Assembly: GCA_043807585.1 (NCBI GenBank)
Contig: JAZDFV010000006.1
Span: 1-60,050 of the forward strand
DNA length: 60,050 nucleotides
From: Candidatus Jorgensenbacteria bacterium
Lineage (GTDB): Bacteria; Patescibacteriota; Minisyncoccia; UBA6257; GWB1-50-10
Direction of reading: 5' to 3'
The notes below the pieces were generated by a model that saw nothing but the letters and a program-made list of their open reading frames with translations, was not told the DNA's origin and made no database searches. Made by a program: the position numbers and the translations under genes. Position 1 is the stretch's first letter. Each line of letters begins with the position of its first letter. This document shows, piece by piece, positions 8,682 to 17,801 of this stretch.

Positions 8682-9344
8682 CTAAATAGCGAGGACGTCC
8701 ACCCCCACGATGACCGAGAGAGCTTTCCCGAATAGGAGCGCTATCCCTGCCCCCACGAGGAATGGGAGCCCTAGTGTGGTGAGTGATTCCTTGAAGAACA
8801 GCATCCGCACGATAGAGATCAGCACGACCGCCAAAAATGTGACGATGAGAAATGTAAACAAATGCGGCCACCCGGAGATGAGCGCCGCCAGGAATCCCAG
8901 TTCGGTTTCGCCCTCCTCAAAGAAACGTTCGTTATGCCGCTTCAAAACCCCCAGGAACCACCAAAATATGAGCGCGACTCCCACGGCGAGCACCGCGCCG
9001 AGCCAGAACCGCCCCCAGGAATAAAAGAGGAAGTACCCGAGTGCGCTCCCGAAAAGCCCGGGGAAGGCATGCACGAGTGGAATGGGGAGCGTGACGCCAA
9101 GCGGCGTGTTCAAAAAATGCTGTCCCCACCAATCGCCGCTCCAGACCACGTACTGCCCGACGGTGAGGAGCGCGGCGTACCCGCCGTAGAACGCGGCGAG
9201 AATGGCGGCGAGGCGGCGGTAGGAAACCGTGGGGAACCGCAAGCTCGTGTGGATCGCCGCATAGGTGGAGACCGCAAGAATGAAAATTCCCCACCGCGCC
9301 ACGGCGGGAAGAAGTGTGAGCGCTTGTGCAACGAACGTTTCCAT
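8682..9344 (-). CDS. Multi-TM protein, C-terminus resembling prepilin peptidase (A24) family
   Basis: GETELGFLAALISGWP..TLGLPFLVGAGIALLFG parallels GDxKL..GW..PFGPFL; catalytic Asp not evident. Confidence 0.6.
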   Translation of the reverse strand: METFVAQALTLLPAVARWGIFILAVSTYAAIHTSLRFPTVSYRRLAAILAAFYGGYAALLTVGQYVVWSGDWWGQHFLNTPLGVTLPIPLVHAFPGLFGSALGYFLFYSWGRFWLGAVLAVGVALIFWWFLGVLKRHNERFFEEGETELGFLAALISGWPHLFTFLIVTFLAVVLISIVRMLFFKESLTTLGLPFLVGAGIALLFGKALSVIVGVDVLAI

Positions 9345-9346
9345 AG

Positions 9347-9784
9347 CTATCGAATGTTCTCTCCGGGCTCCACCGGGCGCTCCGGCACGAGAAGCACCGG
9401 ACCTGCCGCATCGCCGGCGGCAAGGAGCATCCCCTGGCTTTCCAAGCCCACTTGCCCTGAGCCGAGTCGCCCTTCGAGTTCCTCAGGGCGACCCTGAGCC
9501 TGCCGAACGGGTCGAAGGGTGAACACCCGCGGTTCAAGGTTCGCGACCACCGCGATCTGTTTCCCCACGAGGGCTTCGGGAGTGTACGCCTTCCCGATGC
9601 CAGCGATAATTTGTCTGACGTCTCTCGCTTGCCCTGAGTTTATCGAAGGTGCTTGCCCTGAGTTTATCGAAGGGCCAAGGTCCACGGAAAGTTTCAATAG
9701 TTTATCCGACCCCTCCACGCGCGCCGCCTCAAGCACCTTCCCGACCTTCAGCTCTATATTTTTAAAATCTTCTATGGAGATCAT
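9347..9784 (-). CDS. tRNA-binding OB-fold protein (Trbp111/MetRS C-terminal/CsaA-like) with in-frame repeat insertions
   Basis: ISIEDFKNIELKVGKV..SDKLLKLSVDLG..RQIIAGI..VVANLEPR..ESQGMLLAA. Confidence 0.9.
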   Translation of the reverse strand: MISIEDFKNIELKVGKVLEAARVEGSDKLLKLSVDLGPSINSGQAPSINSGQARDVRQIIAGIGKAYTPEALVGKQIAVVANLEPRVFTLRPVRQAQGRPEELEGRLGSGQVGLESQGMLLAAGDAAGPVLLVPERPVEPGENIR

Positions 9785-9803
9785 TTGTTTTATCGCACCA
9801 TGC

Positions 9804-11005
9804 CTACTCATACCGCAACGCTTCGGCCGGTTGCATGCTCGCCGCCTGCCGCGCCGGAAGGATGCCCGCGAGCATGCCGGTCACGAACGTAATGAGGAGA
9901 ACGACGAGGAGCCCCAGGTAGTCCAGCGCCGCGAACGAGAAGAGGCCAACCATACCGAATTTCCCGCCGCCGCCCCCACGCCGTAGGCGATGCCGATACC
10001 CAGCGCTACCCCAATGATGCCGCCCACGAGGCCTATCATCCCGGACTCCAGGAGGAAGAGCGAGAGGATGGCATCACGCGAGGCGCCGACGGCCTTCATT
10101 ACGCCGATCTGCTTCGTGCGCTCCAGGACCGAGGTGTACATCGTGTTCATGATGCCCACCGCGCCCACGATGAGCGATATGAGCGCGATGGCAATGAGCC
10201 CGAACTCCACCACCGAAAGCACGCTCCCGATGAGCTGGTTCGCCTTTGCCATGGTGAGCACCGTGAAGTCGGGCACCGCTTTCTGCTTCCCGAGCTCGAA
10301 CTTTATTTGGCGGGCCACCAGGTCGGCGTTCGCGCCAGGGTTTGTCTTCACCATGATGGACATCACCCCCTCGCGCCCCGTGAGGTTGCGGAAGATGGGG
10401 AGGGAAAAGAACGAGGAGTTGTCGTCTTCTTGCACGCCGATGCGGGCCATGATACCGGTCACCGTAACCCGCTTGGATTTTAGGATGATCTCGTCCCCCA
10501 CCCGTATCCTATTTTTGAAAAGTCCGTTCGCGGCAACATACCCAAGCACGATCTCATTCGCATCATCCCCCGACGGCCACGAGCCGGATTCCAATCGTAT
10601 CCCCTGCGATTCCTCAAGGATCGGTTTGGCGTTCCGCCACCGCACCGCGCGCACGAGCATGCTCTGTTTTTCTCCGCGGAACTCCACGTTGAGGGATGCA
10701 ATATCGGCGGGAGACACGTCCTTCACGCCGGGGATCTGCCGGAGCACATCCACGTCCTGCTCTTTGAACTTCTGGCCGCCAATGAAACCAACGACTGGGT
10801 TGGTCTCCTTGCCGGGGAAAACAACGATGAGGTCCGAACCGAACATTTGGAGCGACTTGGAGACCACGTTTTTGATGCCGGACCCGAGCGCAAAGATGGC
10901 CACCACGAGCATGATGCCGATCACTATCCCGAGGACGGTGAGCCAGCTCCGGAGGCGCCGGTGCTGGATGCTTTTCATGACGAGCAAGAAGAATTCTTTG
11001 AACAT
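9804..11005 (-). pseudogene. MacB/FtsX-family ABC permease with a -1 frameshift near the C-terminus
   Basis: RSWLTVLGIVIG and GIMNTMYTSVLERTKQIGVMKAVGA; the canonical end GILPARQAASMQPAEALRYE* lies in the -1 frame after 9959-9965. Confidence 0.85.
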
Positions 11006-11018
11006 GGTATGAAGCGCG

Positions 11019-11885
11019 TTACTCCGTGTACTGCGCCCGATGCGCCCGATGGTCGGCCACCATCTGCCCGTCTTTGAGCGTAATGATCTCGTCCGCCATC
11101 TCCGCAATATCCTTGTCGTGCGTCACGATGACGAGCGTTTTTTTGTGCTTACGGTTCAGTTCCATCAATATCTCCAATATCTTCTGTCCCGTGTGGGAAT
11201 CGAGGTTGCCCGTCGGTTCGTCGCCCAAAATGATGGCGGGGTCGTTCGCTAAAGCGCGGATGAGCGCCACACGCTGCTGCTCGCCGCCTGAGAGCTCCAT
11301 GGGGCGGTGGGTCATGCGCTCCGTAAGTCCCATCTCGCGAAAGCGACCGAGCAGTGTTTCCTCTTTGTGGTCGCGCCCCGCGAACACGAGCGGTATGGCG
11401 GCGTTCTCGAACGCGGTGAGCCACGGAATGAGATTGTACTGCTGAAATACGAAACCGAATGTCTCCGAGCGCAGCTTCGCCGCTTCCTCGTCGGAGAGCG
11501 CCCCCACGTTCTTGCCGCGCACATACACCTCGCCCTTCGTCGGACGGTCCAGGAGCCCCATCATGTTGAGCATCGTGCTCTTCCCCGAACCGGAGGCGCC
11601 GATGATGGAAACGAAGTCCCCCTCCCAGATGTGGGTGTCCAAGCCCCTGAGCACCACGGTCTCCGCCACGCCCATGGTAAAAACCTTCCACACGTCGCGG
11701 AGATCGATGAGCGGGGTTCCTTGGAACTTCTGCGGGTTGCGGTCAAACCGTCCCTGGCACCCGTCGCCGCAGAAGTAGAAGGTGCGGCCCCCGTACGAAG
11801 AGGTGCGCACGTCCGCCGCGCCGTCCAGGTGCATCCCGCAGACGAGATCTACCTTCTCCGGTTCCCTCACGCGTACTTCCTCCAT
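11019..11885 (-). CDS. ABC ATP-binding protein (LolD/MacB-type) with N-terminal YHS domain
   Basis: DLVCGM..YGGRTFYFCGDGCQGRFDRNP (YHS); GASGSGKS, LSGGEQQR, DEPTGNLD, VTHD. Confidence 0.92.
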   Translation of the reverse strand: MEEVRVREPEKVDLVCGMHLDGAADVRTSSYGGRTFYFCGDGCQGRFDRNPQKFQGTPLIDLRDVWKVFTMGVAETVVLRGLDTHIWEGDFVSIIGASGSGKSTMLNMMGLLDRPTKGEVYVRGKNVGALSDEEAAKLRSETFGFVFQQYNLIPWLTAFENAAIPLVFAGRDHKEETLLGRFREMGLTERMTHRPMELSGGEQQRVALIRALANDPAIILGDEPTGNLDSHTGQKILEILMELNRKHKKTLVIVTHDKDIAEMADEIITLKDGQMVADHRAHRAQYTE

Positions 11886-11888
11886 GGA

Positions 11889-13439
11889 TTATTCCTCGGA
11901 AACCACAACCGTTTGCCCTTCCGATAGCCCGTTTATCACCTCGACATATTCTCCGTCGGAAATGCCCGTCCGCACCTCCGTTTTCTTTTCCCCGCCTCCT
12001 TCCCATATCCTCACAAAACGCTGCTTGCCTTCCTTGAACACGGCGAGTTCCGGCACCTTGAGCACGCCCTGCTTGGAGGAGGTTTTGATGACGAGATCGG
12101 CGCTCATGCCGGTGCGGATGATGTGTGCGGAGCTCGTGGCGCGGTCAAAGAACACGTTGAGGCGGAAATATTTGTCGCCGTCTTTCACCACCGCCTGCGG
12201 TTCCACCGACACCACCCGCCCCGTGTACGGCTCGTCGGGAAACGCGTCAAATTCAATTGTGGCGGCGTTCCCGTCGCCTTCCTTGATCTTCCCGATATCA
12301 AGTTCCGAAATGTCGGCCTGCACTTTCTGTTCGGAAATGGAGAGGGTCATGGCGGTGGTACCGGCGTTGGACATCTCTTTCCGCTCAAGGGAGATCTTCA
12401 TCACGCGGGCCGCGGCAGGCGCCCGGAGGGTCGCCCTCGCGATCTTCTCCTCCGCGGCGGCGATCTGGTTCCCTGTTTCCTCAACCTTCGCGCGCGCCGC
12501 TGAAAGGTCCTCAACGCGCGTGCCGGCGCGTTTTGAGGCGAGCGCCCGCTCCTCGTACTCAAGGTCGGTTTGCGCGGCGCTGAACGCCTCCCGCGCGGCG
12601 GTGAGGTTGGTAACGGCGGCGCTCACCGTTGTGCGGCCCGCCGACACGTCGGCGCGCCACGTATCAATGGTGGTTTGCGTGAGGGTCCCCACTGCAGTGA
12701 GAGTGTTCAATGCCAGCGTCGCCTTATCATGGATGGCGCGCACGAGCGAAAGGTTTACCTGCGCCTCCGCGTCATAAGGGATGAGATCGCTCGCGGGGGT
12801 GAGCGTCGCAAGCGACGACTGCCAGGAAGCGAACTTTGACTCCATGGAAAGGCGAAGCGATTCGAGGTCAACCTCCACCTGCGGGTTGCTTGCCGTAAAT
12901 ACGAGCTGAGGGCTCGTGCCGGGATTTATAAAAAGCGGGTCGATTTTGTTCCGGATGGCGTCATCCGCTTTTGTGAAGGAATCTGTGATCGTTTCCGCGA
13001 GGGTTTTTTTGGCGTTCTCCGCCGCAGTTCTCGCGCCTGCCACCTTGGACTCCGACACGCTGATGTCTTGGGGCGTTTCTCCCGCCTCAAGCTTTCGCAG
13101 GTTCGCCTCGTTCTGCGCGCGGATCGCTTCCAAGCGCTTGAGCTCCAATTCCTGATCCTCCGTATTCAGTTTGGCGAGCGCATCCCCGCGGCCCACCTGC
13201 TCCCCCTCCTTCACGTACACCTGCTCCACGGTCCCCGCGAAAGGGAATTCCATCGTGAACTCTTTCTGCGATACCACTTCCCCCCGCGCCTGCACCACTT
13301 CTTCGATGTCGCCGCGCTCAACCGTGAAGGTGAGGCGCGCGGCGACGTCGGATCTGACGTATCGCTGGTACACCCAAAATGCGGTGACCGCCACGCTCAC
13401 CGCCACCAAGAGTGCGAGATAGAGAGAAACTTTCTTCAT
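11889..13439 (-). CDS. MacA/HlyD-family efflux adaptor subunit
   Basis: N-terminal TM; GTVEQVYVKEGEQV lipoyl half; long coiled coil; RTGMSADL; VRTGISDGEYVEVINGLSEG. Confidence 0.9.
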   Translation of the reverse strand: MKKVSLYLALLVAVSVAVTAFWVYQRYVRSDVAARLTFTVERGDIEEVVQARGEVVSQKEFTMEFPFAGTVEQVYVKEGEQVGRGDALAKLNTEDQELELKRLEAIRAQNEANLRKLEAGETPQDISVSESKVAGARTAAENAKKTLAETITDSFTKADDAIRNKIDPLFINPGTSPQLVFTASNPQVEVDLESLRLSMESKFASWQSSLATLTPASDLIPYDAEAQVNLSLVRAIHDKATLALNTLTAVGTLTQTTIDTWRADVSAGRTTVSAAVTNLTAAREAFSAAQTDLEYEERALASKRAGTRVEDLSAARAKVEETGNQIAAAEEKIARATLRAPAAARVMKISLERKEMSNAGTTAMTLSISEQKVQADISELDIGKIKEGDGNAATIEFDAFPDEPYTGRVVSVEPQAVVKDGDKYFRLNVFFDRATSSAHIIRTGMSADLVIKTSSKQGVLKVPELAVFKEGKQRFVRIWEGGGEKKTEVRTGISDGEYVEVINGLSEGQTVVVSEE

Positions 13440-13522
13440 GGTTTACGTACTTAATTGTATGTGTCCTCCGCGGCCGTTTCAATGATCCGCGCCGTCTGGG
13501 AGACAAGAAAACGCGCGCCCCC

Positions 13523-13609
13523 TCACGCGACAAAGCCCGCGAGCGCCATCCCAAGCCACGCGAGCCCCAGCCCTACGATGACCAGGAGCCAAAACTCAAA
13601 CGTTTCCAT
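13523..13609 (-). CDS. 28-aa single-TM peptide (METFEFWLLVIVGLGLAWLGMALAGFVA)
   Basis: ATG overlaps the pspC 3' end; entirely hydrophobic; below the ORF-track cutoff. Confidence 0.5.
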   Translation of the reverse strand: METFEFWLLVIVGLGLAWLGMALAGFVA

Positions 13610-13829
13610 GGTTCACTGGTTTGGGCACCACAAGGAGGGCCAGGAGATATGCGATGACGCCGGGAACGATGCCGGAGAACACGAGAATCACGATCCAAAC
13701 GACGCGGAGGAGCGCCGGATCCACACCGAAGTATTCCCCGAGACCGCCAATGATACCCGCGCACACCTTATTCGTTCTGCTCCGATGGAGCTTTTTCGCC
13801 CCGTTAGAAGTATTGGTGGAATTTTTCAT
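13596..13829 (-). CDS. pspC: PspC domain protein
   Basis: KKLHRSRTNKVCAGIIGGLGEYFGVDPALLR..IAYLLALLVVP. Confidence 0.9.
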   Translation of the reverse strand: MKNSTNTSNGAKKLHRSRTNKVCAGIIGGLGEYFGVDPALLRVVWIVILVFSGIVPGVIAYLLALLVVPKPVNHGNV

Positions 13830-13978
13830 AATTTGCGAAATACATCGAAGAAGTGCGGCTACAACAGAAAATAATGGGCGAAAACAACAAAACTTCTAAC
13901 GGGGTTCATTTCCAAAACAGCGTAACACGCTCCCTCACCCCTCGCAATACGGATGATAGAAGATATTGTGTCCCACGC

Positions 13979-14114
13979 GAGCCGACTCTCTCCCGAGGAA
14001 GCTCTCGGAGGTGAAAAAGCTCGGCTCCGCCCTGGGCGGATTTTTCACCGAGAGCGCAGCGGCCATCTGCCGCAGGAGCAGATGGACCGCGGTTCCGCGG
14101 GAGAGAGCCGGCTC
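13979..14114. ncRNA. Candidate structured RNA (three-way junction)
   Basis: Closing stem 13979-13999/14094-14114 (19/21 complementary) enclosing two further hairpins. Confidence 0.4.
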
Positions 14115-14137
14115 ACACCGCGTGAAAGTCTTAAAAC

Positions 14138-14169
14138 AAAAACTCCCCCACCCGCGAGGGGTGAGGGAG
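14138..14169 (-). terminator. Terminator of the RRM gene
   Basis: Minus strand ctccctcaccc..gggtgggggag followed by ttttt. Confidence 0.65.
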
Positions 14170-14183
14170 CTGTGGAACCGTAA

Positions 14184-14507
14184 TTACCAGTTCCCGCCGC
14201 GACCGCCGCCAAAATCACCGCGTCCGCCGCCGAAACCTCCCCGGCGGGGCGCACGTGCCTCAAGCGGCCGCGCTTCATTCACGGTGAGGCTGCGGCCATC
14301 GAGTTCCTTGCCATTCCACATCTCGATTGCCTTGTCCGCATCGCCGTCGTTTTCCATTTCAACGAAGCCGAAGCCGCGCGAGCGACCCGTCATCTTGTCG
14401 GTGACGATAGAAGCGCTCGCTACGGCGCCCGCCTTCGCGAATGCTTCGCGCAGCGTTTCCTCACTCGTGGTGTAGGGGAGACCCCCTACGTACAAGCGTT
14501 TTGCCAT
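14184..14507 (-). CDS. RRM RNA-binding protein with Gly-rich tail
   Basis: RNP2 LYVGGL, RNP1 RGFGFVEM, RGG tail; true start MAKRL at 14507. Confidence 0.95.
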   Translation of the reverse strand: MAKRLYVGGLPYTTSEETLREAFAKAGAVASASIVTDKMTGRSRGFGFVEMENDGDADKAIEMWNGKELDGRSLTVNEARPLEARAPRRGGFGGGRGDFGGGRGGNW

Positions 14508-14707
14508 AGTTCTCTGTTTGTGTAGCGTAAGGCGACCTCTCACTTGGCTTCTCTGGCCTTCCGGTATCGCTACACAGAGGCAAAACCAACTGAGGACACT
14601 TACCGCATGTTCCAAGGTAGCAGAAACCCCCGTCCTTGTAAACCCCCCCACCGCGGGGGCAAGGACGGGGGTGGGACGCTCCCTTGAGCGCCGGAGTTCA
14701 AAACCCG

Positions 14708-14917
14708 CTATTGCTTCCCTAACTTGCTCGCGGTTACCGCGATGTAGATGGCGGAGATCCCCACGAGGACGTATACCAGGCGGGACACTGCCGACATCAC
14801 GCCGAAGATCGCCGCGACGAGATCGAAATCGAGCGCACCCACGAGCCCCCAGTTCACTCCTCCGATAATGACGAGTACGAGGGCAACCCAGTCGATCGTG
14901 GTCAGTTTGTTCATCAT
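14708..14917 (-). CDS. DUF378 family small membrane protein
   Basis: LVIIGGVNWGLVG..FDLVAAIFG..RLVYVLVGISA. Confidence 0.9.
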   Translation of the reverse strand: MMNKLTTIDWVALVLVIIGGVNWGLVGALDFDLVAAIFGVMSAVSRLVYVLVGISAIYIAVTASKLGKQ

Positions 14918-15001
14918 AGGTAGAGAAAGGTGCTGTTATCGTTTGCTCGACCTTTACTCCATCATTATACCAGGTAGTAGAACTTCGACCAGCGCACTCC
15001 C

Positions 15002-15040
15002 TCCCCATTTGCTACGCCATGGCTTTGTAACTGGGGAAAA
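15002..15040. repeat. Solo copy of the GCCATGGC palindrome family
   Basis: tccccatttgctacgccatggctttgtaactggggaaaa; right arm matches the 4131 copy. Confidence 0.75.
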
Positions 15041-15088
15041 ATGGAATCATTGCCAGTCGCCGCCCACCGCACAAGTGGGTTATAGCCC

Positions 15089-15643
15089 TCAAAACCCCAG
15101 CTGGAGCGCGATCTCATTGAGCGCCGCGATGACGCGCGTGAAATGCTCTGCGCGGTCCACCTCGAGCTCCGCAACACCGCGGTCGATTTCCTCGCGGTGG
15201 ATGTTCACCGCGAACCCCTTCTTTTTCAAATTGCGCTCCACGGAATCGGGGGCCATGCCCTCAAAGTGCTGCGGCCTCACGTGGGCGAGCGCCATGAGAA
15301 ACCCACAGAGCTCGTCCACGGCGAAGAGGCACTTCGCCATGCGGCTCTCGCGCGGCACCCCCAGGTAGTCCGCGTGGCCAAGGATGGCATTGAGGATCTC
15401 CTCGGGGTACCCGCGCGCGCGGAGCACCTTCACACCCTCCGCGGGGTGGCCCTCCCTCGTGGGGAAGCGTTCGTAGTCAAAATCGTGGAGGAGGCCGCAG
15501 ATCCCCCACTCGTTCTCATCCTCGCCGTAGTGGCGCGCGTAAGCGCGCATGGCCGCCTCCACGGCGAGGCAGTGCCGCCGGAGGCTCTCCGCGGTTAAGT
15601 ACTCGGAAAGTAATTGCCACGCCGCATCGCGAGCGGGAACCAT
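15089..15643 (-). CDS. HD-domain phosphohydrolase
   Basis: RHCLAVE..GLLHDFDYE..H..AILGH..LFAVDEL. Confidence 0.9.
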   Translation of the reverse strand: MVPARDAAWQLLSEYLTAESLRRHCLAVEAAMRAYARHYGEDENEWGICGLLHDFDYERFPTREGHPAEGVKVLRARGYPEEILNAILGHADYLGVPRESRMAKCLFAVDELCGFLMALAHVRPQHFEGMAPDSVERNLKKKGFAVNIHREEIDRGVAELEVDRAEHFTRVIAALNEIALQLGF

Positions 15644-15659
15644 ATCGAACGAGGTACCG

Positions 15660-15917
15660 CTACCGGGGGTTCTCCGTTAGGAATTTGTTGTAGAGTCGGG
15701 CGAGGACGTACCCCACGACGAACCCGCCAATGAGGTGTTCGGTCACGATCACCACCAGCCCTCCCCACGAATAGCTGAAGAACGGGTGGAATGAGCCGAG
15801 GGTTGTGAGTGTCACGACCCCCACGCCGGCGATGAGCGAGACGGCCATGGCGATGAACCACACGGCCCCGGCAAATACGGCGGTGGCCCCGCCAAGCGCC
15901 TTTGGATTGAGTTGCAT
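15660..15917 (-). CDS. Small membrane protein
   Basis: NPKALG start, two hydrophobic helices, ARLYNKF end. Confidence 0.75.
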   Translation of the reverse strand: MQLNPKALGGATAVFAGAVWFIAMAVSLIAGVGVVTLTTLGSFHPFFSYSWGGLVVIVTEHLIGGFVVGYVLARLYNKFLTENPR

Positions 15918-15960
15918 AAGATGTGAGAGACGGTCAATACTGCCGACCTTTGGGCAGAAC

Positions 15961-16242
15961 TTATAAGCGGCCGCGCGCCTCGTCGTACCGGCGCCACGCT
16001 TGCGCCGCCAGAGGTTCGACGGCGTCGAGTTCCTTCAAGATGATCTGTTTGAGGTCCGCGGTGTCCACCTCGTCCCGCAGCGCCGCGAACTCAAGCGCCT
16101 GCACCGACACGTCGCGCACGAGCTCCGCCACGCGCTCCCCAGAGAGCTCCGCCGCCATCGCCGCCGCCTCGACGGCGTGACGTATCTTTCCGACATCGAA
16201 CGGCTCCTTGGTGCCGTCCCCTTTGATTACGAGTTGTGCCAT
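15961..16242 (-). CDS. Stand-alone ATP-cone domain protein
   Basis: VIKGDGTKEPFDVGKI..AA..VDTADLKQII..A..Y. Confidence 0.85.
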   Translation of the reverse strand: MAQLVIKGDGTKEPFDVGKIRHAVEAAAMAAELSGERVAELVRDVSVQALEFAALRDEVDTADLKQIILKELDAVEPLAAQAWRRYDEARGRL

Positions 16243-16272
16243 ACGCTGATCAATATTCCGGCCTTTGCCCCT

Positions 16273-16665
16273 TTATTGTAGCATCCGGCGGGGGCGGCGT
16301 CGCTCGGCGCGCCGTACCTCGTGCTCCTCCATCACCAGGTGGTGGGCGATCTCATGGCGGACGGTTTCCGCCACCACCCTGGCCACGTCGCCTTCGCCGC
16401 GCGCCACCACCTCGATATGATTCCGGAAAAGGGTGATCTTGTCCGGGTAGGTACGGTGGGCGTGCCCCCCGGCTGTGTGGGGCACGCCTTCGTAAAGCCC
16501 GAGGAGGAGATCTCCGCGGCGCATGCCTAACTCCCGGAGCTGCGAGCGCGTCGGTTCGTCCTCCACGATGACGGCCACGTTCTCCAGTTCTTCCAAAAAG
16601 CGCGCGGGGATGCGCGCGATGCCCTTTTCCACCAAGCACAGGAAAGCGTTCCGTGGAATCCCCAT
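16273..16665 (-). CDS. Zincin-like metallopeptidase (Zincin_1/DUF1025)
   Basis: LLGLYEGVP, PDKITLFR, TVRHEIAHH. Confidence 0.88.
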   Translation of the reverse strand: MGIPRNAFLCLVEKGIARIPARFLEELENVAVIVEDEPTRSQLRELGMRRGDLLLGLYEGVPHTAGGHAHRTYPDKITLFRNHIEVVARGEGDVARVVAETVRHEIAHHLVMEEHEVRRAERRRPRRMLQ

Positions 16666-16745
16666 ACGGTCATTCTACCACCCCGCCATGACAAACCCCC
16701 ACACCTACGTTGGGTGCGGGGGTTGCCCTCATTCATCCGAACTGC

Positions 16746-16934
16746 CTACTTCCCGAAAAACCCCAATGTGGAAAAAAGGGACGCGGTGAAGGAACGACTC
16801 GCGCCATCAACGGCGCCGCTCCCCCCGAGGAGCACCACCACGCCAAGAAGCAAGAGGAACACCGCGAAGACGGCACTAGCCACCTCGTGGGGATCCTTCC
16901 AGTCCACGGAGAAATGCTGCTTCAGTTTTTTCAT
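16746..16934 (-). CDS. Small single-TM hypothetical protein
   Basis: 62-aa ORF with one hydrophobic helix. Confidence 0.45.
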   Translation of the reverse strand: MKKLKQHFSVDWKDPHEVASAVFAVFLLLLGVVVLLGGSGAVDGASRSFTASLFSTLGFFGK

Positions 16935-17058
16935 GCGTCAGTAAGAAAAAGTGTATCACGCGGGCCGCGGAGAGGTCAAACGTACCTGCCCTGAGCCTGC
17001 TTGCGGTGAGCTTGCCGAATCCGCCGAAGGGCCGCCCTGAGCCGAAAACCGTGGCCGC

Positions 17059-17613
17059 TCAGAGCGCCCGCGCCACGAGCCCCACCAGCAGGATTCCCGC
17101 CGAGTTCATCACGAAAGACACCGGCACGAAGAGCGACATCCGCATCTTGGAGAGTCCCATCATGGCGAGGCCAAGCTCGTCCGGGAGGGGCGAGGCTACC
17201 ACGAGCGCCCCGATGAACTGGAGAAGCCACCGGAAGTGGCGGCGGCGGAACACGGTGGCGAGGCGCTCGGCGGGCGACTGCCGGATAAGGTGGAGAAAAT
17301 CGTCCACGAGGCGGTCTCTCACGAACCGGAAAATGACGGTGTCCCCCACGAGCGCCCCCAGGCCCCCGAGGAGCGCCACGGGGAGGAGCGAATGCTCGCG
17401 GGCTAGGGATCCGAGGACCACCGTCGCGGGTGCCACGGTGAAGATCGAGGTGTAGAACATCCCCGCGACAAAACTCCCCACGAGGGCCATCCCCCCGAGC
17501 GTCCCCAAAAGTTCCGCTATGAGGCCGCTTGCGGCGAGGAACCACGCGACAAGCACGCTCACCACGATGATGAGGAGGTCTTTCCGTATCTGCCCCGCCG
17601 GCAACGGTTCCAT
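17059..17613 (-). CDS. DedA/VTT-like membrane protein
   Basis: GGLGALVGDTVIFRFVR and ASPLPDELG motifs; multiple TMs. Confidence 0.7.
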   Translation of the reverse strand: MEPLPAGQIRKDLLIIVVSVLVAWFLAASGLIAELLGTLGGMALVGSFVAGMFYTSIFTVAPATVVLGSLAREHSLLPVALLGGLGALVGDTVIFRFVRDRLVDDFLHLIRQSPAERLATVFRRRHFRWLLQFIGALVVASPLPDELGLAMMGLSKMRMSLFVPVSFVMNSAGILLVGLVARAL

Positions 17614-17801
17614 GGTTACATTCTACCGCATGAGAGCAGGCGCGGAAACAAGAACGGCCGGTTTGTGGATTGGCAAAAATGGCAAGGAGCGAGCGAATGA
17701 GAGACACTTGCGCTCGCGGCGCGGTTGACGGGCGGCGAGGTGGGGCATATGGTGGAGGAAGTAACTCTCGATCCATACTCAAGCGAGAAAGGAGGCGCGC
17801 A

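Noticed and set aside
9990-12777. Long plus-strand ORFs (340 aa, 331 aa) and similar ones such as 38401-39525 and 6899-7798
   Set aside because: Antisense shadows of well-supported GC-rich genes, with no recognisable motifs.
13979-14114. SRP RNA
   Set aside because: Lacks the conserved helix-8 CAGG..GGAA..AGCAG arrangement.
14508-15008. N-terminal extension of the 274-aa ORF 14184-15008
   Set aside because: It overlaps the DUF378 gene and a structured leader; the RRM starts at 14507.
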